Source: Phallusia mammillata
Taxonomy: Eukaryota
DNA: 64,000 nt
Direction of reading: 5' to 3'
Assembly: GCA_965637545.1 (NCBI GenBank)
Contig: OZ281501.1
Location: 6,758,001 to 6,822,000, forward strand
Every line of letters begins with the position of its first letter. Position 1 is the stretch's first letter. The position numbers and the translations under genes were made by a program. Under the pieces are notes generated by a model that searched no databases, was not told where the DNA came from, and saw only the letters and a list, made by a program, of their open reading frames with translations. Positions 14,001-27,679 of the stretch are shown piece by piece.

Positions 14001-17000
14001 CCCCGCCATGATTCGGACCTTCGAGCGCCACTCACAGGAATGACGTATCTGAGATGTTTCACGGCGCAACGTTTATACAACTGCGGCAATTGAATGGTAT
14101 GAAATTGACTAGTGCCCAATTTTCCAATTCAATCGGTTTTACAGCGTTTCGAGTGCTCTGGAATGCGCGCTGAGTCGCGTGGGCGCTATGCTACCTTGAT
14201 TGTTATTTTTACCCGAAATTCCAACGAATTCGCGGTTGGTCTTGTAGAAATATTTTTATGGGCCGGGGTGCTTTCGAGCACTTGGAAAACAACAGTGTAT
14301 ATACGGTATACGGAAGTTTATCTAGACCATTTTTTTTTCATATCAATAACTATTTTACGGGTACCCTTGAAATTGACATTAAAATGAAGAAGCTGCCAGA
14401 GCTTGTAAAACTATTGCTAAACACCCCAATGTGTTACTATTATATGAACACAAATCTGTACAGTAGGTTTACCCTTTCGTTGTAACAACGGTCGCAACAC
14501 AAACCACGCAATTTTTAAGATTCTAAAATATTTACATTTTCAGAGTTCTATAGCGACTGAAATTGAAACAGTACAAAGCGAAGAATTACGCAATACGCTT
14601 CGATTTCGACACTGGCTAAAAATAGCGCCAACACATACCTCACCTTTGAATCTTTTAACGTTACAGACAAACTCGTTTCCCTAAGAAAACATATTTTAAG
14701 CGATTCTATCTGTTAGATGAATCAACGCCGGTAGATAATGTCAACATACATGAAGAGATAAGAATGACAAAGTGTAAACTAATGGAATTGTTCTCCTTAG
14801 CTGTTTTAGAAGGAAATGTCATTGCTGGCAATATACTCTTAAAATATCACTTTGGCACGGTCTATGACTGTACTGGTGACTGTATGTATAAACTACGATA
14901 TATTTAACCTGTTAAAGCTTACATACCTGGAATTAGATTGGTTTGGGACCAAGCATCATCAGGGAGATCCGGCTCATTGATATACGCCAACTGATAATCA
15001 ATCAGTTCATCACCATCCCAATCCTCATCGCCGTCATAAAAGTCCACATCTCTAGCGACGTTAGTGGCCAATGGATCCGCATCAGGAAGAAACCCAAGGC
15101 CCTCGGTAAGATCACTCACATTGACCGCAACATGATCATTATCAACAAAATCGGTCCAGAAAGTCTGATCGGCGGGAAGTACTCGGTCACCTGATTCAGT
15201 GCTGCACACCCATTGGTCGCAGCACTCACCCGGAACGGACTGAAGACGAGCATTGGTACAAACCTCAGCTCTTGGAGCCTGAACTTCGTGTGGACATTGC
15301 GGAACACAGCCAATGTCGCCGTCCAGACACCAACATCTCATTCGACAAGAAGGTTCGAACATTGCGCCACTTGGTCTTCGCTCTCCGTCGTGCCAGCAAG
15401 GTTCTCCGCTTTGTGCTGCATCAAATGAAGAAAAGAATGTTAACTGGTTATGGGCATGATAAAACTGGAAATCATTTGAAGTGTTTAAAAGTTGTCAACA
15501 CCTTCACACCAAATTCCGAATTTAATGTCCGCAAATCAAAAATTATGTTTTTTTTTAATTCTAAATCAAAGCAATACTTTTCCCCTAGAAAGCACGTTTA
15601 CTGTGACCATACAGCGTTGACGCTGGTATATAATAAAAGTACCCACTTACATATTTTACAAACATATGTTATAGTGTGGTCTTTAGTGGTAAACCGATTT
15701 TCCAACAATACGCATTATATTTTTAGCTTTTGATCAATATAGCAATAAAACTGAGCAATACAGAAATATATAGTGTTGTCGCTGTGTGTTTATTTTTTTG
15801 TTGATCTGCAACTTTTTTGGCACAAGGATTTAGATAAGCTGTTGTTATCTTTCAATATCCCGCAAAATATAACGTTTTAGTATCAATCAAACTTTATGGT
15901 TTGCCCATACAGCTGGCATCAATATTATGAGCTTTACAATTTTATGCATCTGCGAAACGCCATCCGATAAACGTTGTCAACTAAGGATATTGAAAGGAAG
16001 TATGGTATTGAATCGCGAGACAATATCCGAATTTATTTTACGAGTTGGTGGAAATGAAATTACCTACCATATCTTCGCACGCGAATATGCTTTAATGTAA
16101 AAGAAGTGCTCCTAAGTTTGTTTGTTTTATTACAGAAACGTTTTTAGACAGTTTTTTGATGAAACGAAATAAATATTTGGGTGTTAACTGTGCGTATCTG
16201 GCGATTACTTAAATGTAATATTAATTTTCTCAGTTTTGGGCGGCTTACTATTTTTAACAAGGAAAGTTTAAAACACGTTGCGCAAAATGTTTCTTCAAAT
16301 CTACAAATAGGAACAAAAAAGAGATCAATTTTTAACCACAAGTTACATTTTTAATTAGTTTAGCAATGTAATGCTCTAAAATGAAGTGACAACAGCACAA
16401 TTTACAATTATTTTAGTAACCTCCATTTAATCTGCTTTTAAAAAGGCAGGGAAATGTATTTTTTAAACTATTTTTTTAACTTCATATTTACAACTTTCTT
16501 GCAATGATTTATCTTAAGATTTTGTGACGCCGCAGACACATGATATAGACCCCAGCATGAGCCATCGACTTTAAGGGAAATATAGCCAGAAACTATACTT
16601 ACCAGTGCATATGCCACCACCGTGGTTCGCGCCACCGTTCGAATAATCGCAGAAGAGGCCACGATGTGGATCACAAACTTCCTGAAAGTAGTTGCAAGTC
16701 TCGCCTGCCTGACGAGCACAGACACGGCAGCAATTGCAACCGTCCACCACACGACTGACTCCTATAGGACAAGTGGAAGGCTCCCCGCTACAATCACATT
16801 CAGCAGGGCATCCTGCAATTGTCTGCTTAAACAATAATACGATTTTTAATTTTTGTAATATCGCGAGGTGTTGGGTTTTGGTTAAACTGTTTATTGTAAT
16901 ACATACGTTGCATGTAATTTTTAATCAGATAAAGTTTGCCACGTTGTGTTGCAAAGTCTTTTTTGGAAGAAATTTTCGATTCATAGCGTCGATTCATTAA

Positions 17001-17279
17001 ACATATCGAACATTTTAAGATTTCAAATGTTTGACACTTTAAATTTATCATTTACTTTTTAACTTTGTTGTCGTTTTAGGTGCCCAAAAATATATTAAGC
17101 GAAAAAACAAATGATTTGATTTTTTGCCGTTGTTTATTTTAGTACAATGCCAAAACGGTTGATTCTATTCAATCAAAACGACTGAAAATACATACAAAGT
17201 AACGCATAACATTTTATCAATAAATTCTTACCTCACGAAACATGAGAACAAGAAACAAAACAGTCAAGAAACTTCTCAT
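11079..17279 (-). CDS. CCN: CCN-family matricellular protein (CTGF/CYR61/NOV/WISP-like), 423 aa, 6 coding exons
   Basis: Exons 17279-17232 (signal peptide [16 protein letters not shown]), 16822-16603 ([16 protein letters not shown], 12 Cys), 15415-14927 (VWC plus acidic hinge), 12571-12360 (TSP1, [16 protein letters not shown]), 12009-11888 and 11259-11079 (cystine knot, 10 Cys, CG.C....RCCTP). All junctions are GT-AG and phases match (total 1272 nt). Confidence 0.95.
13270..14165. promoter_or_regulatory. Putative intronic enhancer of the CCN gene (CRE, AP-1, TEAD motif cluster)
   Basis: GC/CpG-richer intron segment with TGACGTCA 13449-13456, TGAGTCA 13527-13533, TGAATCA 13580-13586, near-CArG CCACTTATGG 13564-13573, and CATTCC/GGAATG at 13270, 13550, 14037, 14160. 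Confidence 0.45.
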
Positions 17280-17423
17280 ATTTTTGTTTTATGTTAGCTC
17301 AAAAATTAAGATCAAAATCTAATCATTAAAAAAAATAATTAGCAAAAAAATCCTTTCCATAATATTTGATACCGAATTTTTTTTTTACCTCGCCTTAACA
17401 GTCCACCTTAACTTTTCATACTC

Positions 17424-17604
17424 TGATCCCAATGGGTCCAAATTTGGGGCTTTTATAGCTATCGGGCTTGGACAAGCAACAATAGGGGTCTGTTCTATAT
17501 GGAAAATAATTGCAGTGTCATTTTTTTGGGAGCGAGGTCCCAGGACCCGTTGACGGCACCCAATGTGACTTTAACCCCATTACTAGGGGTACTGACGTCA
17601 TTGG
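17424..17604 (-). promoter_or_regulatory. Putative CCN core promoter
   Basis: On the minus strand: TATAAAAG 17458-17451, Inr-like TCAG with A at 17424, perfect CArG CCAAATTTGG 17438-17447, CRE TGACGTCA 17593-17600 abutting CCAAT (17604-17600). A donor GAG|GTAAAA at about 17390 suggests a 5'-UTR intron before the ATG at 17279. Confidence 0.55.
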
Positions 17605-20600
17605 CCCGATGTTTTGAGTTAGTTTGGGTTAAAGAAAATGTGTTTTTGTACACGTAGAAAGTTAAAATGTTAATTACGTACCAGGCATCGTATTCAAGTG
17701 AAACGCTTGTTTGTTGTGTAATCCTTAAATTTATTTTAAAAGGGAGCATTTAATTGATGTTAAAAACAACCAGAAACGTTATTTGAAAAATAATATGTTG
17801 TTTTGCAACTATTTGGAATTCAAAACACAAAGTAACAGAAAGGGCAAGAAAAAACGCCCAATAAACGAATTCCCAATGAGCATGTTATGTTTTGTGTGAA
17901 AATTCTAGTGTCTTGTAAAAACAAAAACACATAAAATTGAGTTTAGTCGTAAGGCAATATCGTTGTGAAAGTGATGCTGCGTCCAAAAATAGAACCTGTT
18001 TATTTTTGGCGCAATTCGACGTAAACCGCTTACGGCAAATTGTTATTCGCTACCTCCCAAACCGGAGGTGGTGTTTACTCGCCTTTCATCAGCCGAAAAT
18101 TGCTTCTAATTGCCCCACCTCAAGCAATTGTCTTGCACAGACCAAGACCGACCTCACGCATGCACAAAGCGGCGAATTAAACACGTCTTTTTGACCACTG
18201 AAGACAACTCAAGGGCTCCCGCGTGAAAGTGGCAACAATGAAACGCTTAGTATTGGGCCTAGGCGTAATGGCGTCTAAGCAAAAGGGATCACTTGACACT
18301 AAATCCACAGTGCAACGGCTTTGGACTGGGTCACTCCGTTTCGTTATGGCGGTTACTACAGAGCGAGTGAGGACGATGGCTGTTGACAGCATGGGAACCG
18401 GTTCGGATTACGGCTCGCGCGGTCAGTTACGTCATTTGTTTGTAATAAGCAGATTGATGACGTAATGGAGGTGCAAACGACCAGTTTTTCAAGACTTGTG
18501 ATGAAAACAAGGATTTGGAGTTAATTTATCGCGTTTGATAATAATCGCTGATATGAAAAAGATTATATATTAACGTAAGCCCATTTAGGTACGGAGCTTT
18601 GTGGGATTAAATTGCTTCGTCACGCTATAAGGCCAGTGCGATCGTAAGGATGATTGATGAACGTTGTAATAAATCGAGAAACAAATGAAAATTAATCGTT
18701 ATTAGAATGTGAAATAATAAGCGATGATGTATTGATGTGTATTGCGGACGTCTGTGTATGTAATCCTGAAACTAAAGACCATTACTTATCCAGTAGATAT
18801 GTAACAAACACAAAGAAACGGCTGATACCAATTGTATTAGCCACAGTGCTGACTTTGTACTAAAGAGCTTCAATTTATCCTTAGGTGTGGCCGCTTGCTA
18901 CAAATGAGAGGATTATTGTCAAGCATTGTCCACGCTCCTTAAACAGAAAACAAAACCAGCAATCAGGGGAACAACGTCAACAGCCCAAAATAACGCACTA
19001 CTTAGCACGGCGACGCCGAAATCGTGTAACAAGCGCTGTGACGACATTAAACTATTCAAAACATTCGTGGCCTGATCCTAAGTTTCGCGTCTGGCCGTCT
19101 CCTATGAGACAAAACGAGCCTTCATGCAGACCTGTACGCCAATTGAACTTTTGACATTAGCCACTTGCGAACAAGGATTAACAATCATAACAAAGGTCTT
19201 GCGAGTCGGTAGCACTCTCTAGTATGAGTGATAGTCTGGCTATGATTGATGGCAAATGCTGGAAATAAACTGCGTGTTATTTTGGGTCCCAAGAACTGGC
19301 CGAATTCTGACGGCTTGTTTACCGGAACCAAGATGTGTTTCGTTATGGGAATTTACGTTAATTGGACAATTAGCTGTGAGAAGTCGTAGTTTGGGAACAA
19401 CTCTGCGCCAAATATACGCTTTAATTTGTGTTGGAGAAAGTTAATGTAAACTGTTGCTCAATTATAATTCGATAAATTAGTCACTAACGCAAAAAAGTCA
19501 CAAGACAGCAGAACAGATGAGTAACCAAAAAGAAGAGCATACCACTGTATATGTAATATGACCCTTTACACATGAAAACTTTTGTAATTTGTTGATAGCA
19601 TATATCAAGCCACAATAAATTGGACAAACAACTCTGTTTTGAAAATATTTACATTTTTATAAAGTAACGCAATGACCATTACAAACAACGCAAGATGTGT
19701 CGAAGGCCCTGAAAGTAGTAAATTAATTTTGTGTCTCTAGAAAAAGGATTCAATCCAAAGTAGAATGCCAAAGTACAAATTCAACAAGTTTAACAAACAT
19801 TGTGGCATTAACTAAGCAATATTTTTAGTCGAAAAAAAACGTGTATATGATTTGAGTTGCACAGTTTCAATTCGATAGTTGGTAGTATTGCGTTTTCAGT
19901 TTAATAAATGCAAAAAAAACAAAAATATGGTAAACCAACAAATGTGTTTTAAACAATAAATTTTATTAAAGTACCAAATTCCAACATTCAAATTTGGGAT
20001 ATGAAAAGCAATAAACAAATTAATCCATAGCATAAGTTACAAACCACCTTTTGCCCAAAAATGTAGCAGAGAGACAACTAAAGATGCTTATTTTCAAACT
20101 GCAGTTGTCAACGATCTAGCATTATTAGCAATATTCGACACTTTATAAAGTTTGTTTGGGACACAAGCCACGCAAGTCAGAACGAATCCTTCTAATTGTC
20201 CTGCGCACGGCGCACATGCTTTATGTGGTGGTTTGTGGTTATTTTCAGCAACAAACGTGTTCCATGGAATCAGGCGAAATCGCATTTCACCTTTGTGTTT
20301 TGCGTGCAACATTTACGATAGCTGGAAAAGATTAAATGCGCCTGAAAGTGCAATGGGCAAGTGTACCGCAAGGCAGGTGCAAATGGTCGTCTTGGCCTTG
20401 CACCTTAGCCCTTATAATTACATGCGGACCTGTGATCCTGTAAAGGAAATCCCTAATCACTGAGGCAAATGAATAGGTCTATTGTTCGGTGGTGTTAGAA
20501 AATGTTGCTAACGTCCTCAAAACTTTTGCCGGCTGTCAAAGCCGACAGTTTTAAGATAAAAGGGGCGATAAGGCATAAAGTGTTAAAGAAGCGAAGTCCT

Positions 20601-22818
20601 AACTGCATTAGGTGGTCGTTTAACCCCTGATTTAACCTCGTGTGATTAAAGAAGCCAAGCAAGACTGTTATGTGCATATTAAATTATTAGGTTGCAAATT
20701 TATTATTTTGCAACTTTTGACACTACATAAGTAGGTGTATCAGTAACTTGTTTTATGCTAAACAAAACGACAAGTTCAACATAAGTTTTGCAATATTCGA
20801 AATGTTTTTGTTACATGAATCGCTAAAACGCAATTTAAAATTTTAATTTTTAGGCAATAAACTATTACCAAAGAGTTAAAATAAAATGATTATCGGATTT
20901 GTAATTCATTCAAGGCAACGGCAGAAACATCGGCACAACGGCAACGTAATATATTTGGCCGAAATGTTTCGATCAACCGAAACTTCGGTGCATCACTAGT
21001 AGTTATTTGCCGTCTTTGAAAAAAAACTTATTTGCCCGTCTTGAAATAAATGGTTTGTGACCTTAAAACAGGATCTGTCAAAAATGTTTCAAAACGATCA
21101 GAACTTGCCAAAACGCTGCCCAATTGGCCTTACTTAATGATGTCGTTGAAATTAGATTCGTCAATATTGTCAAGAAAAACCCTAAAAAACCCTATTTAAC
21201 CCTAAATATCAATGTAATGACGAGGCTTATTTTAATAAAATATTGTGAAAGTTGTTTCTTTACAGGGTTCGAACCCAGGACACCGCCGGGGACGAATCCC
21301 GATCAGGGTTTTTCAAGTCTGTAAATGCGGGTCAGGCGCGTCGGACCATTCGGCCAAGTTCCTGCCAAAAAATATTGCGAAAGTCAAAAACGAGCAACTT
21401 TGAAATACCCACAGCGCCACTTCGTGGTGATTATTGTCATCACTTTACGAACACTATAAATGTGGCGCAGTTGAAAACGGGCAGCGTACAACAATGAACG
21501 TTTTCCCTGTTTTTTAAGTATTTTTTTTCACAACGAGTTTTCGATTTGTTATTTACAATGTCATTCCAAGTTATTCTTCCAAAGTATGTTTGTAGGAATA
21601 GCATCAGCATTTGGACAAACATTGGTTTCCTTTTTTGTTAAATTTGTCCGTGTGAAACAAACCTCATCATATTTCACATCAGTTTTTGGAAATCAAAATA
21701 ATGGAAAACACTTTATGTATAAACCAAGAAGATGCTTTGAAAATAACGTTAGGATTTTTTGGGGAATCAACCTACGTTTTCTTTATTATTCATAGCATGT
21801 AAATTCGTTGAAATTCGTCGATGACCCTACTTCATGACATCACTCCCAACGAGCTAATTTTAGATTGGTGACGCTATAATTTACGAGCAAGAAACTCCAG
21901 TTCGCACAAAGGCAAAGTTTTTCATTCAAATATTTGGCAAATCAACTAAACAATTCGGACTCAAATAATTTACATTTGATATTTCGTACGTATAGAACTC
22001 AAAGTAAAAGTTTTGCATTTGCAAATAGCTCCTAATACCAATGCAAAGGTCCATAAGCATTTACGTCTAAACATTTTTGTCTGTGTCCTGTGTCAATAAT
22101 ACACTTTTATTTCGAAATGCATTTGAGTGGTGAAAAAAGTTACGGCTGTATGTTAAAGTTGCCAAGAATGCCAGCAGAGCTCATCTCGAACACTTCTAAA
22201 CTATTGGTATGGTGTGTGGTCAAATTTTCAATCGAGATGGTGTGTAGCCAATTTTTGTTCCGATGTCTAATCGCACTAGTATTGACAGCAAATAAAACAC
22301 CAAATATAATGTTTAAAACACATAACGTCATTTGTAGGCAATGTTGACCTAACATTTTATCTTTAAATTTTCAAATATTTTTTTCGAATTTATCACCTTT
22401 GACAAATAATTTCTGTCATTTTAATACTTACGGTAAAACCAATTCTATTTTCGTTTGCTGAAAAGGCCCATAATAAGATCGCAACATTTTTTTGTTTGGC
22501 ATCGATCGGTTTACATAAAGGCTTATTTGATTGTGAGCCTGTCAAAAGGCCCCTATATTAAATCATTAATTGAGCGACGTGATGTTTCCTGAAGTGCCAA
22601 ACTGTTGACTCGCGAAGGGAATGGAAGAACGCACGCAGGCCGTGCCGAGTGCCTGTATCTAATTACTTCGTGATGACACACAACTTACTAAAACTGCAAA
22701 AAAACGTTTTTCCAGCTGTGTGTAATACGTGCAGTTAATCATAAGTGCTTACAAGGAAGGATAAGACGCTAAATTGTGTAAAGTTATTATTTAGCGTAAT
22801 TTGTAGTGTGTGAAAGAT

Positions 22819-25800
22819 ATGGATTCTAAACATGTGAATGAAATGGACTTGCCAAGGCATCAAGCGTTTATTGCATTTGAGTTTATATTCACTGTGGCTG
22901 GGATGTATATGTTGATCGCCGTCTTAGTTGTTAATTGCAGAAAGTAAGTTGTATTCTGTGCAAAAACAAACGTCTTTGTACCTCTACCAGCCATCTATGC
23001 TACAAAATGCGCCAACTGGACATATTATACGTTTATCTGATTTATAGTTTCTATAAATTTGGAACATTTGCGAAGTGATTTTATGAATAGTAAACATATA
23101 TGCCAAAAAATCGTTTATATATCCGTGTTTTGTATTCTTTACACAATTTTCGAATGTGGTAAAATACAAACTTAAAGTTAGAGGATACAGTACGGTTATG
23201 CTAGTGGCAAATCGCAGGAAGGAAGTTGTACAAATACTTGTGTAAAATTTACAGGGTGACCAGAACGTGTCGGGCGTTATATTAAATGTAAGGTATTATG
23301 AAAACGCCAAGACACATTTACTGTTTCTTAGTGTGTAAAACAATCGCTTTGTAAAAGTTTGTAAAAAAAAAAGTTTTAGACAAGTTGTACTATTTGTTTG
23401 CTTATGATTACTAAACATTTCCGTGTGCTGTAATACCCTTCCACATAGAGTAAAACTGTCCGTACTTAAGAGTGTATAATCTAGTTGATCTGTGATATTA
23501 ATTTGTTCTTCGCTTGAACCAGCGTTTCACATAGCCCTAAGTGTACTAAAGGTTACGCATTAATGAAGGTTCACAATTTTGCCTGAATTTCATTTCGCAC
23601 CTTTGTAGACCCAAATCTTATATTTTGATTCACAACGTTTCGTGATATGCTGACACAGTTTATTGTACAACGTACTTTTTTGTTTTGTTTAGTGTACTTG
23701 GTCCTCATTTGCACCTCAACAACCTACTTTGAAACTCAATATTCATGCTAAATATCATTGCTTATTTACAAATCAATTACAATTTTGCATTGCTTGATAA
23801 AGGCCTTCATTAATTGTTTCAGATACGCTTGTTCTCGTGCTTATGTTTCCAAGAGATTGTGGAAGACCCGATTTCTTCTCGACGGCTTTTTCGTGTTCTA
23901 CATCGTGACAGCAAATAGCAAGTTCCTTCTCAACCTTATTACATTGCTCTCTCCACCCCCGACATCTGTAAGCAGTTGCGCAAAGGTCGGAAAAGCGTTC
24001 CAGTTTCTTCACGCCGTGGGTAAGTTTAATCGAAATTTGTTGATTGATGTTTATGAGTGTTAGGCAATGTTAAACTGCTGTTGAGAAGTTTGTATTGAGT
24101 TAAACTGTTATCAACGACTACGTAAGGTTCTCTAAGAAGGGATTTGACATATAGCCAAAGACGGCGCCGGCAGAAAATTTGGCAAAAGGGGTACATTTTT
24201 ACACATACATAATTACATGGATAGATTACAATATCATGTAATTATGTTCACAAAGGCATGTTTTATAAAATAAAACACCCATAAAACTCCACAAAGTAAC
24301 TTTTTTATTCATTAGGTTTTTCGACAAAATATGTTAACTTAAAGGTACATTACAAGTCCAAGAGGGGGGCAAGGCCCTTTCTTGCCCCTACGTGCTGGCG
24401 CCCATGGGTTAGTGGTTGCCTTATCTTTACCACTACGAAACGAAATATCCGTAGGTCAGATATCCGTATTAATTAGTAACCCTAATGGATTGAACAATAC
24501 AGTGTTTTTGCCAATTGATGTAGCCCATGTGTGTGTTTCAACCTGTCTTACAAACTTCACAGGCGCTGGATCTCTTTATATATTCCTGTGGTTGCGACAA
24601 AACACACTGTACCGGAATCCATTTCTCAAGCGGCTGGCGACGCCATGTTTGATTGGGTAATCTTTATTTATATGTTTAGATTCCAGCTGTTCAAACAAAA
24701 ACACAACTAAAATATAGTTGAAAGACCCTAAGTGTATCTAAATAACATTCAGTTTGCAAAATTGGCAAGCTTGACCGAATATTGGTTGCGTGTGTGTAAG
24801 GTTGGTCTGGAGGTGATAGGACGAGCGGTTACTTCGGTTTACACATGACGCTTAGCACGCATCTGAAAAGCCACGTACGTAATAAGTTTCTTGTGCCGAA
24901 CGTGCGTAAGACAAGGTTTGCACAACACCAAAGGCGTAGGTGTTAACCTCCTGTAGACAAATCACAATTCAAAGCCTTTAAAAGTTACCAGACCTAAAAG
25001 TGTTGATTTTGAACTTAGGTTAATGGAAAGACAACGCTTGAAGTGCGTTACAAATTTTACAGTACAACTTCATTTCCGTTTTGTTATCAATGGTTGTAAC
25101 AACTAAAAAACGTGCAATATTTAACAAAACTAAAATTCGTGGCAAATAATAATTGTTGTCCCACTACCGTGATATGTAACAATATTCATAATTGCCTAGT
25201 GTACACTCCAATAAGCGTTATTGGTGCAAGCAGTCATGTGAAATATAGTTTGTTCATTGTCCCATAGCAATAATTTTTTTCACATCAGCAGTAGTAAAAA
25301 GGTTAAGACGGGCACGACGCGTTGCTCATAAAACCAGGAAGCACCTTAACTTCCGTTCAAAGTCTACGTTCTAGACTCTATAGAGTAGTCGAATTGACAA
25401 ACATTCATTAGGGGGAAATCCGGATAAGGCCGAGACTTAAGTAAAACGCAAGCGAAAGTACAGATTTGCTTATGCGGCGAAAGCACACTTTTGCCAAGTA
25501 TTGAATTAGCAGTATTATTAATTGCAGGTGCCGATGGCAACTGAAAACGAAACAGTAACTTGTAAACGAAAGTAACGGACAAGTTTCTAACGTAAAGATC
25601 CGATTTTACAAAGCTGAATCGTCCCGAAATGTATGATACAGTGATGCACAGCTGTCATTTTACCTACAATGTGTTAATTTACAAATACTATGTTAACACT
25701 GATGTAAACTTACATACTTGTGATGACACTTACTATCATGCAGTAAAAAAACATGTCAAGTTTGATACTTATTACCAGTGTAATAGCGTCAATATATTTG

Positions 25801-27679
25801 CCTTCACAGGGTGAGTTGGGTGCTTCTTGCCGTGATTTTGCTTATTGTCGGCGTCGGCACAGTTGCGCTGATGGTGACGTCAAACGGTATGACGTACGTA
25901 ATTGGCAACGTCAGCGGTCAATGTGAAAACGCGATGGAAGACACCAAGAACACCACTGTGGTCTACGCAGGCTACTCGGCCGTTATGCTGACGCAAGGTG
26001 ACTCAGCGCTTTAATAGGTTAATTTTAAAACGGATATCCTTGAAGCAACTGACGGGGAAAACGTGAAGTTGTTATAGTGGCAATAATTTTATCCCGAAAC
26101 ATATTAGTGCCGTCGTGTCGTTTGGGATGTAACTTAACTACATATGACGGAAGTATATTATTAAGTTCTGCACGTTTGAACTTTTAAGTCTTGTGACATA
26201 GCTTGCTTCGGCGAATTTTGGACGTTTAACAAGAAGTAGCCTTATTTGACTTCTGCCCAACGTAGTAAACAAAACAGCTTGTCACTTATGACTAAAATTT
26301 TAACAAATACATTACCAATTTTTAGCTATAGACCAATTTTATGTCATATAGATTGCCAGTATAAACAAGCTTATTTGAAGGTCACATACAACCTTTTAAC
26401 ACAAACATTTGGCAGTAACGGACACCAATATTATCTCCAATACCCCATAAGATCAAATTGCCCAGCGTGTCATATCTCAAGAAAATGAACCAAAGGTCAA
26501 TATAATAAACACTTGCACTTCGCATTTTCAGTGTGGCTGCTTTTTATGTTCGTGTACATTCTAAAACGACACGAGAATCTCAATCAGCGAAGTTTTACCA
26601 ATATTTCAAAGAAACGATGTCTCAGTGTCGTGATACGAAATTGCTGTATTGCTGCTGCTATAACGACTGTTACAGACCTTGCTGTTATTCTATGTAATGT
26701 GCTTGGACTCCGCTACAAGCTAACTCAACAGGTAAATGGTTCGTGTTTTTAATGGATAAAATAGCTATACTATAAACTTTCCTTTGCGAGGCGTAGAAAC
26801 GTCGGATAATTTGTTTGTGTTTGCCGGTTAAACAAAAACGAAGGTTTATGAAATATGCCTGGCAAAAACACTATTGTTATACTTATACCAGTCTTGCTTT
26901 ATCAGTCAAAAGTAGCAACATGTAATTTTGCAGACGATTTTTTATTGTTTTGAACTTTCGTTCTTCTGGGTGGCAAGTAAAAACACCTTTACCTGCACTT
27001 TACGTGCACTTCTCTTGTGCCCTTAGTTTAAACAAAAAACTGTGCCTAACCTAATGTGCTAAACTTATCAACTTAAAAAATTAACTTACAAAGGTAATGC
27101 AAAGCGGCAAATATGCAACTGCAAACCGCAATGCAGTGCATGGGATTCTTAACAAGTCCAATATCCAAATTTTGAATGTGCTCTATAGTTTATGATTTGT
27201 AAGATTCGGTAAAGCATGCAAGCAAATGCAAAGAACTAAAACGCAACAAGGTTTTCAAATTGTCACCGTGTTTTATCATTTTGGTACCTTTTTTAATTTG
27301 CACGCGTATATATTGAAAAAAAACATCGATTTTTTACGTTTATTTGCTGCATTTATTGCGATCGTGTTATTGATTTCAAAAGCGGTCAAAGTCGTTGCGA
27401 CATGAATTATGAATTAAAAAAATCTTTATCTTCCGCGTTAGTTTGGATAACACCTCGTGAGCAATTCATCATGTGAATCTAAAAGAGCGCTTTATTCTAT
27501 TTCAGGAAATATACGTGCTCTGGGACTTCGACTATGCAATCAACTTGGCTTGCACGCTGTTCTGTTTCCGAAACTGGAAAACACTCCTTTTTCCGTGGTT
27601 TACAAAACGATGCGATGGGGTTAGAAGGCGCGAAGTAGGGACGATTTCAAATGGGCCTTCGGCTACTGCTACAGGTTGA
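22819..27679 (+). CDS. Orphan rhodopsin-like 7TM receptor, 325 aa, 6 exons
   Basis: Exons 22819-22943, 23823-24019, 24563-24656, 25810-25997, 26532-26731 and 27506-27679 are phase-consistent (978 nt). Seven hydrophobic segments; Cys at the top of TM3 (SCAKV) and in ECL2 (GQCEN); YIFLWLRQ at the DRY position; W..LLFPW after TM7. Confidence 0.85.

Noticed and set aside
12852-14485. Several 60-100 aa ORFs inside CCN intron 3
   Set aside because: Expected by chance in a GC-richer intron; no recognisable protein features.
17937-18465. ORFs upstream of CCN (e.g. MKVATMKRLVLGLG...)
   Set aside because: No homology cues or splice partners; the region contains CRE-like motifs and more likely is upstream regulatory DNA.
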